From NCBI GenBank assembly GCA_963719505.1, contig CAVRCF010000005.1:640001-704000 (forward strand): a stretch of 64,000 nt of DNA, read 5' to 3'. The notes below the pieces were generated by a model. That model saw only the letters and a program-made list of their open reading frames with translations, did not search any database and was not told the origin of the DNA. Shown here in pieces: positions 1 to 8,359 of this stretch; position 1 is the first letter of the stretch, and each line of letters starts with the position of its first letter. This DNA is from Halobacteriovoraceae bacterium (GTDB taxonomy: Bacteria > Bdellovibrionota > Bacteriovoracia > Bacteriovoracales > Bacteriovoracaceae). A program made the translations under genes and the position numbers.

Positions 1-632
1 CCTTTAAAAGATTTTCGATGAATGGGTGATATCCCCAAAAGTTTTACGGCTTCTTTATGGGCCGCCGTTGGATACCCTGCATGTCTTTCTAAACCATAAC
101 CTGGGTAAAGAACTGAATATTCAGCCATTTTTTTATCGCGATACTCCTTTGCGATAATCGAGGCAAGTGCTATGACCACTGACTTTGAGTCCCCCTTTAC
201 TACAGCTTCAATTTTATTTGAAGTTTCAAACGTTTTATTTCCATCGATAAGAATAATAGATTTTTTGCATTTAAGATTCGCACTCGCCTCTTTCATACTT
301 TCAAGTGAAGCCTGTAGAATATTAATCTGGTCAATCTGTTCTGGGGATTTTTCACAGACACAAAAATCAAATTCAAATTTTTGTGTTTTTATTTTTGCAG
401 GAACCATAATTTCGATAGTGTCTAAATCGACAGCTAAACTCTCAAGAATAGACAGACGTTTTTTGGTGGAAAGTTTTTTTGAATCGGTAACTTGTAATTC
501 TTTTAAATATTCAATTGTGTGCACATCGCTGATTTTTACAGCGCAAGAATTCACGGGTCCTGCGATAGGACCTCTTCCAACTTCATCACAACCAATAATT
601 GAGGGATAACTTTTAAGACGATCTAAGTCCAT
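1..632 (-). CDS. rnhB: Ribonuclease HII (3' end runs off the window)
   Basis: Not in the ORF track. Manual minus-strand translation gives MDLDRLKSYPSIIGCDEVGRGPIAGPV (RNase HII N-terminal motif) and ...HAGYPTAAHKEAVKLLGISPIHRKSFK at the window edge. GGAG precedes the ATG, and it lies directly downstream of rplS as usual. Confidence 0.93.
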   Translation of the reverse strand, partial: MDLDRLKSYPSIIGCDEVGRGPIAGPVNSCAVKISDVHTIEYLKELQVTDSKKLSTKKRLSILESLAVDLDTIEIMVPAKIKTQKFEFDFCVCEKSPEQIDQINILQASLESMKEASANLKCKKSIILIDGNKTFETSNKIEAVVKGDSKSVVIALASIIAKEYRDKKMAEYSVLYPGYGLERHAGYPTAAHKEAVKLLGISPIHRKSFK

Positions 633-644
633 CTTTGTCTCCAT

Positions 645-676
645 AAAAAAACAAAGCCCCACATAAATGTGAGGCC
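645..676 (-). terminator. Intrinsic terminator after rplS
   Basis: Minus strand reads GGCCTCACA-TTTA-TGTGGGGCT followed by TTGTTTTTTT. Confidence 0.7.
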
Positions 677-709
677 ATGATTTTTAAACTTTTTTCAAAT
701 GAAAATGAA

Positions 710-1078
710 TTAGTTTTTTGCGCTGTAATCAGTTTCGATTCTAGCTGCTTTACCAGTTCTTTCTCTAAGGTAGAAGTGCTTAGCTCTTCTAACTTTACCT
801 CTGTTAAGAACTTTAATAGCCTCAACATTTGGTGAATGAAATGGAAATACTCTCTCAACACCAATACCGCTAGAAAGTTTTCTAACGCGAAAGTGTGAGT
901 CAGTAGTTCCTCTTCTGCCTTTCATAGCGATAACAACACCGTCGAATAATTGAATTCTAGATTTTGCACCTTCTGTGATTCTAACAGATACTGAAACAGA
1001 ATCCCCTGCTTTGAAAGCGGGAAACTTTTCAACATTTTTACTTGTGTAGTTTTTGTTAACTAAATCTACTAAGTTCAT
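710..1078 (-). CDS. rplS: 50S ribosomal protein L19
   Basis: FKAGDSVSV..RIQLFDGVVIA, VRKLSSGIGVERVFP, GKVRRAK motifs, AGGAG RBS and trmD operon context. Confidence 0.98.
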   Translation of the reverse strand: MNLVDLVNKNYTSKNVEKFPAFKAGDSVSVSVRITEGAKSRIQLFDGVVIAMKGRRGTTDSHFRVRKLSSGIGVERVFPFHSPNVEAIKVLNRGKVRRAKHFYLRERTGKAARIETDYSAKN

Positions 1079-1160
1079 TTTTCTCTCCTAAAGAGTGCCT
1101 TCCATTCGCCTTCTCAACTTTTTCCAACATGGCCAGAGGGGAGGATTATAATTTATAGAC

Positions 1161-1724
1161 TCAGAGGCTTCTGTGTAAACGGTCACAATAAATTGCAACA
1201 GCCGACCTAACTGAAAGATGATTATAACCATCTTTTGAAGCACCATAAAGTGGTTCAAGTTTGTAGTCTGCACTTTCAGTTACAGAGGCATGTAGTCCCC
1301 AACCTGTACCAAATAACAGGAGCATGGGTCGTTTGTCAACTTGAAACGCCGAGCGTAATTGCTCTGTATTTCCGTCAAACTTCTCAAAATTAGCTCCAGT
1401 AACAACAACAAAGGGTTCTACCCCTTCAATTTCTTTAATTTTATTTTTAGCTGACTCTATTGACTCTGCGAGTCTAATAAAAGATAAAGCTTCTTTTCTA
1501 TCTGGATTATAGGAATTTCCGTAGTCCGTATTCCAATGGTCTAGGATCGTTTGAACGAGTTCATGTTGTTTTTGAATGGGAGTCACAATAAAGTATCCAT
1601 CAAATCCAAAAGTTTTAGCACTTCTTGCTATGTCGTGAATATCGAGGTTTGTGACAGATGTTGTTACCGTCTCCCCTCTCTTATCAACTATGGGGTGATG
1701 AATGAGTCCAATATATTTGTTCAT
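1161..1724 (-). CDS. SPOUT-class RNA methyltransferase, TM1570/Methyltrn_RNA_4-like
   Basis: LIHHPIVDKRGETVTTSVTNLDIHDIAR, LLFGTGWGL and YNHLSVRSAVAI motifs. This family is usually next to or fused with TrmD. Confidence 0.88.
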   Translation of the reverse strand: MNKYIGLIHHPIVDKRGETVTTSVTNLDIHDIARSAKTFGFDGYFIVTPIQKQHELVQTILDHWNTDYGNSYNPDRKEALSFIRLAESIESAKNKIKEIEGVEPFVVVTGANFEKFDGNTEQLRSAFQVDKRPMLLLFGTGWGLHASVTESADYKLEPLYGASKDGYNHLSVRSAVAIYCDRLHRSL

Positions 1725-1792
1725 ATAATCCTGCTGCTTTTTAGATAGTAAATTATATGAATCGGCTTATTTTGTCATTTTTTTGTGGACTC

Positions 1793-2731
1793 CTAATGAA
1801 ATAAAACTTCTGAGCCAGCCTCAGAGGTATACATCCCATATTGAGTATGACCAACTCCCGGAACTGTAACTAATGAGTGTTTATTTTGAGGATAAAATTT
1901 ATCTAGATGTTCTTTAAAAGAGACTCCTCTTCTAAAACGGTTGGGACCTTGAACTCTAGCTTCACATGATTGTTCCACATCACCAATGTCATCTTCTCCC
2001 AACAAATAGACAACGTCCCTTTCCAAGAAATTGGTTACCATCTTTGAGAGGTCAATTTTTTTCATATAATGATTTCTTCTGTCCATTCCATACTTGTAGT
2101 CGTTATAAGCACATCTCACATTTGGAATTTCAAACTGTCCTCTATGATTTGGCACAGGTCTAAACTTATTCAAGTACGCATAGGTCCCAGGATTTGCCAC
2201 GACATACTTAAATTGGATCTGCGGATACTTATTCTCAATGACTGAACCCAAGGCATATCTCTGAGTCAGATGTCCACCTGCTGAGTGTCCTGTAATTACA
2301 ATCGACCTTAAATTTGGAAATCTCGTTTTGTTTGCCAACCTATCAACCAACATATCGATCACTTTGAAAGAAGAGGTACTACTTCTATCGATGGAATTAT
2401 TACCTATCCACCAATCAAAACCCCAAGCATTGTAAACGTACTCACCAGGCACCACACTATCGCCTCTTTCTTTAAAGTTTGGAGAAAGAATAAATGTACT
2501 TTTCTCAACTCCCAAGCGCTTGGCCATTCTTGCCACTGACTTAAAGTATGTTCCCCCGTTTCTGGTTGAACCGTGAATGGTGATAATTGCTTTTTCAATA
2601 TCACTATTGATTGAGTCGATTGCATGACTTTGAAATGCCATCAATTTATTGCCATTAAGTTCGATATAACTCGCATCTGGAACCTGAGAAAAGACAGAGA
2701 TTGAGACTAAGAGAAGAAAGATCTTAAGCAT
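1793..2731 (-). CDS. Secreted alpha/beta-hydrolase (esterase-like)
   Basis: Signal peptide, IHG oxyanion motif, GHSAGG nucleophile elbow, C-terminal VPGVGH and AGGAG RBS. Confidence 0.85.
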   Translation of the reverse strand: MLKIFLLLVSISVFSQVPDASYIELNGNKLMAFQSHAIDSINSDIEKAIITIHGSTRNGGTYFKSVARMAKRLGVEKSTFILSPNFKERGDSVVPGEYVYNAWGFDWWIGNNSIDRSSTSSFKVIDMLVDRLANKTRFPNLRSIVITGHSAGGHLTQRYALGSVIENKYPQIQFKYVVANPGTYAYLNKFRPVPNHRGQFEIPNVRCAYNDYKYGMDRRNHYMKKIDLSKMVTNFLERDVVYLLGEDDIGDVEQSCEARVQGPNRFRRGVSFKEHLDKFYPQNKHSLVTVPGVGHTQYGMYTSEAGSEVLFH

Positions 2732-2844
2732 GTTTACTCCTTAGGGGTTGAGCAGTGACTATAGCTTAAAACCATAAACGAAAGGTAAAAGTTGTAAAAA
2801 ATACTGGAGCTTTGACTCTCCAAGCCTATGTTTTTAGGATAGAT

Positions 2845-3588
2845 CTAGCTTTTCTGTAAGAGGTCAGGACGATAGGTTTTTGTTATTTCTAAAGAGGAGA
2901 TCTCCTTGAAGCGATTAATTTGTTTTGGATCTCCACTTAACAGTTCAGAAGGAATCCCTTTGCCCTCAAATTCTCTGGGCCTTGTATAAAGAGCATACTC
3001 AAGTTTATCACTGGCAAAGGATTCATCTTGAGCAGAAAGTTTATTCCCCAAAACTCCGTCAGAGAACCTCATCGCTGAATCAAGAATCACCATTGTCGCC
3101 AGCTCCCCCCCTGTCAGGATATAATTTCCAACAGAGATAAATTCATCAACATAGTTTTCTAGAAATCTCTCATCGATTCCCTCATATCGTCCGCAAATGA
3201 AAACGAGGTCCTTTTTTGAACTCTCCGAGAGGTTTTTAGCTGCAAAGTTTTTAGCAAAGTTATTATCCCAAGTTTTTCCTCTGGGGCTTGGGCAAACAAT
3301 ATGAAGGTCTTCTTTTATATCTTTGTAGCCCCCAGGCTCCACCACACCCTTTATAAGAGCTTCTTTTAGAATATCTGAACGCATGATCATTCCGACGCCT
3401 CCACCAAAAGGAGCGTCATCTACGCCTTTAAAGCCCTTTTTATTAAAGGCCGATAAATTAACTGGTAAAAGTTCAAAAGTGACACCACTACCTCTTTCAT
3501 TTCTTAAAGCACTACCGAGGACGCCGTACTCTTTAAGTGGAGCAAAATAATCCTCAAACATGGTTAATATCCAGATCTTTCTAATCAT
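2845..3588 (-). CDS. trmD: tRNA (guanine37-N1)-methyltransferase
   Basis: VDDAPFGGGVGM, SPRG, ICGRYEGIDER, YILTGGEL and YTRP motifs. Confidence 0.97.
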   Translation of the reverse strand: MIRKIWILTMFEDYFAPLKEYGVLGSALRNERGSGVTFELLPVNLSAFNKKGFKGVDDAPFGGGVGMIMRSDILKEALIKGVVEPGGYKDIKEDLHIVCPSPRGKTWDNNFAKNFAAKNLSESSKKDLVFICGRYEGIDERFLENYVDEFISVGNYILTGGELATMVILDSAMRFSDGVLGNKLSAQDESFASDKLEYALYTRPREFEGKGIPSELLSGDPKQINRFKEISSLEITKTYRPDLLQKS

Positions 3589-4112
3589 TAGAGCTCACCC
3601 GGATTATTCATCTCTATTCTTTGAGCTTCGATGTCTACAACGGGAAAAAATTGATCGACGAAAGGGAGCTCTATTTCTCCGCCTCTAGTTAAAGAAATCA
3701 CCAGAACAATTTGAGCTCCGTTATCATAAAAATTATCGACGACACCAACTTGATTCTCTCCTTCGAAAACTCTAAGAGAAATAAGATCTGACAGATAAAA
3801 CTCACCTTGATTGGGTTCATCTAGCCTTGAGCGTTCAACCCAAATAGTAAAAGGGATCAGATCCTCTACAATATTTCTATCGCTTATATTTTCTAATCTC
3901 ACGATCACTTTATTGCCAAATCTAATGGATTCAATTTTAAAGCTTTGTCCCGCTTTTGGTAGAGTGCTATTTGCACTTTGAGGCTTCAACACAAGAGGAA
4001 GATCTTTTTTCAAAGAACTTTCCTCACTATTGAAAAGATTAAAGATAAACTCACCCTTTATACCGTGAGGCTTAAAGCAAGTTCCAAGTTGAATATATTT
4101 TTCTTCTTTCAT
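3588..4112 (-). CDS. rimM: 16S rRNA processing factor RimM (start set at MKEEKY)
   Basis: KPHGIKGE, GEFYLSDLI and PRC-barrel C-terminus. Lies between khpA and trmD. Confidence 0.93.
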   Translation of the reverse strand: MKEEKYIQLGTCFKPHGIKGEFIFNLFNSEESSLKKDLPLVLKPQSANSTLPKAGQSFKIESIRFGNKVIVRLENISDRNIVEDLIPFTIWVERSRLDEPNQGEFYLSDLISLRVFEGENQVGVVDNFYDNGAQIVLVISLTRGGEIELPFVDQFFPVVDIEAQRIEMNNPGEL

Positions 4113-4121
4113 TTTTTTTCC

Positions 4122-4161
4122 AAAAAAAAACCTCAATAAAACCGAAGTTGTATTGAGGTTT
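4122..4161 (-). terminator. Intrinsic terminator/attenuator between khpA and rimM
   Basis: 11-bp perfect inverted repeat AAACCTCAATA...TATTGAGGTTT running into a T-tract on the minus strand. Confidence 0.65.
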
Positions 4162-4185
4162 ATTAAAACTATAATTTAAAACTAT

Positions 4186-4425
4186 TTATTCAATAATTTC
4201 TAATACAGATCTCTTCTTAAGCTTTGTAGAGGCAGCGTTTAGAATAGTTCTAAGTGCTCTTGCAGTCCTACCTTGCTTACCGATGACTTTTCCAAGATCG
4301 GACTTATCAACTTTAAGTTCGATAACGGTAGTTTGCTCACCTTCGATTTCATTTACTTCCACTTTATCAGGAATATCCACTAGGGCTTTTCCGACGTAAT
4401 GTATAAGTTCTTTTAATTCACTCAT
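4186..4425 (-). CDS. khpA: KH-domain RNA-binding protein KhpA
   Basis: [17 protein letters not shown] (GxxG KH loop), 79 aa, directly downstream of rpsP. Confidence 0.95.
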   Translation of the reverse strand: MSELKELIHYVGKALVDIPDKVEVNEIEGEQTTVIELKVDKSDLGKVIGKQGRTARALRTILNAASTKLKKRSVLEIIE

Positions 4426-4536
4426 GATACCTTCTTAATAAAGCTTAATTAATATTTATCTAATATTTATAACCCAATGATCGGAAATTACAAACTTAAA
4501 AATAATTAATCTTTAAGATTTTCTTAACAGAGAGTG

Positions 4537-4788
4537 TTACGAAAGAGAAATCTTATTGCTTTTCAATAAAGATCTAACAGTGTCTGAAACCTGAGCGCCT
4601 TTACCAATCCACGATTTGATAGATTCAACATTAACTTGTGATAATGTTTTATCGTTTTCCAAAGTTGGATTATATTGACCTAATTTTTCAAGAAACTTTC
4701 CATCTCTTGCGTTTCTAGAGTTTGCAGCAACAATTGTGTAAACTGGCGCGTGTGTTCTACCACCACGGCTTAACCTAATTTTAACCAT
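4537..4788 (-). CDS. rpsP: 30S ribosomal protein S16
   Basis: MVKIRLSRGG..PVYTIV..RDGKFLEKLGQYNP..GAQVSDTV. Confidence 0.98.
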   Translation of the reverse strand: MVKIRLSRGGRTHAPVYTIVAANSRNARDGKFLEKLGQYNPTLENDKTLSQVNVESIKSWIGKGAQVSDTVRSLLKSNKISLS

Positions 4789-4897
4789 TTATATCTCCTA
4801 TAATATATATATCTGTGCAAATAAGACTGTATTTTTAATGCACTTGGTTTTTAAAGTCAACTTATTTAATCTGATAAGTCACTACTATTACGTGACC

Positions 4898-6319
4898 TTA
4901 AAAGAACTTTTTCCCAAAAGTTCCCTTCTTTTTGCCATTCTTCTTTTTTCCAGCTCCAGCTTGCTGTCTAAAGCCTGGCATTGGTGGCATGCCCGGAATG
5001 TTTGGCATTCCACCGCCTTTCATCATTCCCATCATATTAATCATCATCCCTTGCATCTGTTCAAACTTCTTAATGAATTCATTAACGTCATTCACTTTGG
5101 TTCCAGATCCTTTGGCAATTCTCTCCACTCGCGAAGGATTCAGAAGTTTATGATCGTCTTTCTCTTTGGTGGTCATGGAGCTAATGATGATTTTCATTTT
5201 TTTCATCTCATCTTCAGCAGGACTTAAATCACCAACTTGTCTGAGCATTCCACCCATACCTGGGATCATTTTTAAAATTGAACCCATTGAACCCAGTTTT
5301 GAAATTTGATCCATCTGCTTCATGAAGTCGTTGATTGAGAATTGTTTATTCTCAAGGCGCTTCATCATCTTCTCAGCTTCTTTCTCGTCCACAACATCTT
5401 GAGCCTTCTCAACAAGTGAGACAACATCACCCATATCGAGAATTCTTTTTGCTAAACGATCTGGATGAAAGGGATCGAGATCCTTCATCTTCTCGCCAGT
5501 TGAGATAAACCTTATAGGAACCTGAGTAACATAACGGATTGAAAGAGCGGCACCACCACGAGCATCAGAGTCCATCTTTGATAGAACTGCTCCCGTTAAG
5601 CCAACTTTTTCATGAAATATTTTTGCGACATTAACGGCTTCTTGACCTGTCATCGCATCTGCGACCAGTAGAACTTCTGGATCTTTTAATTCATTCTTAG
5701 CATCTACCAATTGACCCATAAGTTCTTCGTCAACTTGAAGGCGACCGGCAGTATCAATAATAACAACTTCTTTTCCAAGCTTTTTAGCTTCCGCCATCCC
5801 AGCTTTCACGATATCTTTTGGAAGCATTGAGAGATCGGAGTCAAAGTAGTCAACTTGCATATTCTTTGCGTGAACGATCAATTGATCTTTTGCTGCTGGT
5901 CTAAAATTATCGGCAGGAATGAGGTAGACATCTTTTTTCTTTTTGCTTTTTAAATAAAGAGCCAGCTTTCCAGTAAAGGTTGTTTTACCCGCACCGTTTA
6001 AACCAACAATAAGGATTGGAGTAATAGGTCTTGAAAAATCTAATTCTTGATGTTCCTCACCCATAAGCTTAGAGAGCTCATCGTGCATGATTTTTGTGAA
6101 CTGCTCACCCGGATTGACACCTTTAATAACTTTTTCACCAAGAGCTTGCTCTTTTACTTTAGCAACAAATTCTTTGACGACTTTAAAGTTAACATCAGCT
6201 TCTAGAAGGGCTGTCCTTACTTCTTTAAGTGTATCCTCGATATTTGACTCAGTAATTTTTCCTTTACCTGCAATATTCTTAAAGGCACTGGAGAATTTAT
6301 CACTTAAATTATCAAACAT
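4898..6319 (-). CDS. ffh: Signal recognition particle protein Ffh
   Basis: ALLEADV, GLNGAGKTT, DTAGR, SKMDSDARGGAALS and a Met-rich M domain. Confidence 0.98.
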   Translation of the reverse strand: MFDNLSDKFSSAFKNIAGKGKITESNIEDTLKEVRTALLEADVNFKVVKEFVAKVKEQALGEKVIKGVNPGEQFTKIMHDELSKLMGEEHQELDFSRPITPILIVGLNGAGKTTFTGKLALYLKSKKKKDVYLIPADNFRPAAKDQLIVHAKNMQVDYFDSDLSMLPKDIVKAGMAEAKKLGKEVVIIDTAGRLQVDEELMGQLVDAKNELKDPEVLLVADAMTGQEAVNVAKIFHEKVGLTGAVLSKMDSDARGGAALSIRYVTQVPIRFISTGEKMKDLDPFHPDRLAKRILDMGDVVSLVEKAQDVVDEKEAEKMMKRLENKQFSINDFMKQMDQISKLGSMGSILKMIPGMGGMLRQVGDLSPAEDEMKKMKIIISSMTTKEKDDHKLLNPSRVERIAKGSGTKVNDVNEFIKKFEQMQGMMINMMGMMKGGGMPNIPGMPPMPGFRQQAGAGKKKNGKKKGTFGKKFF

Positions 6320-6330
6320 TTTACTTCCTT

Positions 6331-6795
6331 TTATTCATTGATCCAATTTAACAAAATACTTTTACAACTCTCCACTGTCTCACAAATGTGATCAGCCGGA
6401 CTTTGCTTAAAGTAGGCATAAATATCTGGGTGATTACTCCCCCAGATTGCAGCGATCGTTTGTGCACCGTAAACTGAACCGCCATTAATATCCGTCATAG
6501 AGTCTCCGACAACATAAACGTCGTCTTTGTCAGCTTCTCCAAGCATTATTTCAAGTCCTGCCGTTGAGGGTTTGGACTCACAATCACTCGAAGTGCTGAT
6601 TCCTTTGAAGTACTCTTTGATCCCAAGGGATTCTAAAATTTCTAGCGTCGATTGTCTATCTCTGGCCGTCCAAAGATAGAGGTTTGCGCCAGCCATCTTT
6701 GTGGCTTCTAAAAGGTCGAAAACTCCTGGATAAAGACTAGGTTCTCCATCGGTGTTGACAAGAGTTCCATCGTGGTCAAAAACAATATGGTGCAT
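6331..6795 (-). CDS. HAD-superfamily hydrolase (phosphoglycolate-phosphatase-like; start set at MHHIVFD)
   Basis: FDHDGTL motif I, KP motif III and VGDSMTD motif IV. Confidence 0.85.
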   Translation of the reverse strand: MHHIVFDHDGTLVNTDGEPSLYPGVFDLLEATKMAGANLYLWTARDRQSTLEILESLGIKEYFKGISTSSDCESKPSTAGLEIMLGEADKDDVYVVGDSMTDINGGSVYGAQTIAAIWGSNHPDIYAYFKQSPADHICETVESCKSILLNWINE

Positions 6796-6843
6796 AAGAA
6801 TTCCTTTGCAAAGACAGCTCCCACAGTGTAGATAACTTTTCCT

Positions 6844-7932
6844 ATGCAAACAAGAGAATTTTCAAAAGACCTACAGCACAAAATTGATGCCCTTAAGGCC
6901 CTAAGACAGCCTATAAATATGGGCTCAGTCAGTTTTGATTCCAAACTACTTCTGGCCCCAATGGCCGGTATCTGTACTCCTCCGTTTAGATTAGTGATGG
7001 AGGATCTCGGAGCTGGTGGAACGGTATCTGAGCTGATCTCGTGTCACGGGATAAATTACGAAAATAAAAAAACTCTCGAGATGCTCAAGATAGATGACCG
7101 AGAAAGAAATATTGGTATTCAACTTTTTGGAGAAGACTCTGAGTCTTTTGCCAAAGCAGCTGTGATAGCTCAACAAAGAAATCCCAAATTCATTGATATC
7201 AATATGGGTTGCCCTGTAAAAAAGGTTGTCTCCAAAGGTGGGGGCTCGGCCATGATGAAGGATGTCGAAGCTCTTGGACCCTTTTTTAGAAAAGTAAAGA
7301 AAGCGATCAGCGTTCCTCTTACTATCAAAATAAGAACTGGCTGGGATGCCGATGATGTTAACGCCGATAAAATCGAATATATTGCAAGAGAAGAAGGCGT
7401 AGAATGGGTCGCCATTCACGGTAGAACACGAGCCCAACAATACACGGGCTTTGCTAATTGGGAATATATTGAGTGGCTCGCCCAAAATTCAATACTTCCT
7501 ACGATTGGAAACGGTGACCTCCATCAACCCCATCAAGTTTCCAAAAGATTGGCCCAAACAAACTGTGATGCTTTAATGATCGCTAGAGGCTGCCTTAGAA
7601 ATCCTTTTATCTTTTTGGAGTCACTCAAAGAAGAGTCACAAACATATCGATCTGAATTTATGGGGAGTGATTACTTTGAAGTTATCGAAAGACTTTACGA
7701 CTATACAAATCAGACCTATGAGAATGAAAGAGCGAGACTTGTTCAATTAAGAAAGCTCATCGTTTGGTTTGCAGCAGGCTTTCCCGGTGTTGCAAAGTTT
7801 CGCGGTGATATGTTTAAGTCTAAGACTCTCGAGGAGACTATGCAAAATGCACAGGAATACTTCAAAGGTCTTGGTGACTCTTATAAACGCATTAATTATG
7901 ATGAAATTTTTATGAGCTCAGGTCATGGATAG
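6844..7932 (+). CDS. dusB: tRNA-dihydrouridine synthase (DusB-like)
   Basis: LAPMAG, IDINMGCP, TIKIRTGW, IHGRTR, IGNGD and MIARG motifs. Confidence 0.9.
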   Translation: MQTREFSKDLQHKIDALKALRQPINMGSVSFDSKLLLAPMAGICTPPFRLVMEDLGAGGTVSELISCHGINYENKKTLEMLKIDDRERNIGIQLFGEDSESFAKAAVIAQQRNPKFIDINMGCPVKKVVSKGGGSAMMKDVEALGPFFRKVKKAISVPLTIKIRTGWDADDVNADKIEYIAREEGVEWVAIHGRTRAQQYTGFANWEYIEWLAQNSILPTIGNGDLHQPHQVSKRLAQTNCDALMIARGCLRNPFIFLESLKEESQTYRSEFMGSDYFEVIERLYDYTNQTYENERARLVQLRKLIVWFAAGFPGVAKFRGDMFKSKTLEETMQNAQEYFKGLGDSYKRINYDEIFMSSGHG

Positions 7933-7934
7933 AT

Positions 7935-7973
7935 AAAAATTAATCGACCAAAGTGGGGAAACCTTGGCCGATT
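7935..7973 (-). terminator. Terminator hairpin between convergent dus and the small ORF
   Basis: Minus strand AATCGGCCAAGG-loop-CTTTGGTCGATT (G-U pairs allowed) followed by AATTTTT. Confidence 0.5.
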
Positions 7974-7982
7974 GAATTTAAT

Positions 7983-8165
7983 TTACCGAACTGTATTTAG
8001 AGCTAACTTCTCACCACTGAGCTTGATCATTTTTACCTGTTGATCAGCTTTACTGGCCTGAAGTGCCCGCTTAGAGTTTTGTGTAAAATTCATATGAATT
8101 GACAAAACCGTGCTAAATAGTAGCGAGGCAAATAAGAATTGTTTAAGGTTTTTTACTAAATTCAT
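7983..8165 (-). CDS. Small (60 aa) exported or membrane-anchored hypothetical protein
   Basis: AAGGAG RBS before the ATG at 8165, N-terminal hydrophobic stretch FLFASLLFSTVLSI, and a downstream hairpin. Confidence 0.55.
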   Translation of the reverse strand: MNLVKNLKQFLFASLLFSTVLSIHMNFTQNSKRALQASKADQQVKMIKLSGEKLALNTVR

Positions 8166-8325
8166 TAGTTTCTCCTTATCGGGGTAGACCGCAAAATACC
8201 ACAAAACCAACGCCACGCAACAGAAACCTAGAAGTATGTATTTATTCCATACTCTAAATTATTGATTTCCCGTAAAAGTGTTTCAAAAAGATCAAATATT
8301 TTGAAACAAAAGTCTTGAATTCCCT

Positions 8326-8352
8326 TAATATATAAGAAAGAAAAGCCGACAA
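8326..8352 (+). promoter_or_regulatory. Possible sigma28 (FliA)-type promoter
   Basis: TAAT-N15-GCCGACAA against the consensus TAAA-N15-GCCGATAA. It abuts the AAGGAG RBS, so it could only give a very short leader. Confidence 0.4.
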
Positions 8353-8359
8353 GGAGACT

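Noticed and set aside
172-864. ORF-track entries 172..609 (+) and 613..864 (-)
   Set aside because: They are shadows of rnhB (opposite strand) and rplS (alternate frame), with no motifs.
1079-1160. Possible L19 autoregulatory leader RNA upstream of rplS
   Set aside because: I could not establish a convincing structure by eye; it needs a covariance-model search.
4473-4504. TCCGATCA upstream of khpA as a sigma28 -10 box
   Set aside because: There is no TAAA-like -35 at 15-bp spacing.
8174-8215. CCCGATAA and TGGCGT..TTGT upstream of the 60-aa ORF as sigma28 or sigma54 promoters
   Set aside because: The first lacks a -35 box and the second lacks the invariant GC at -12.
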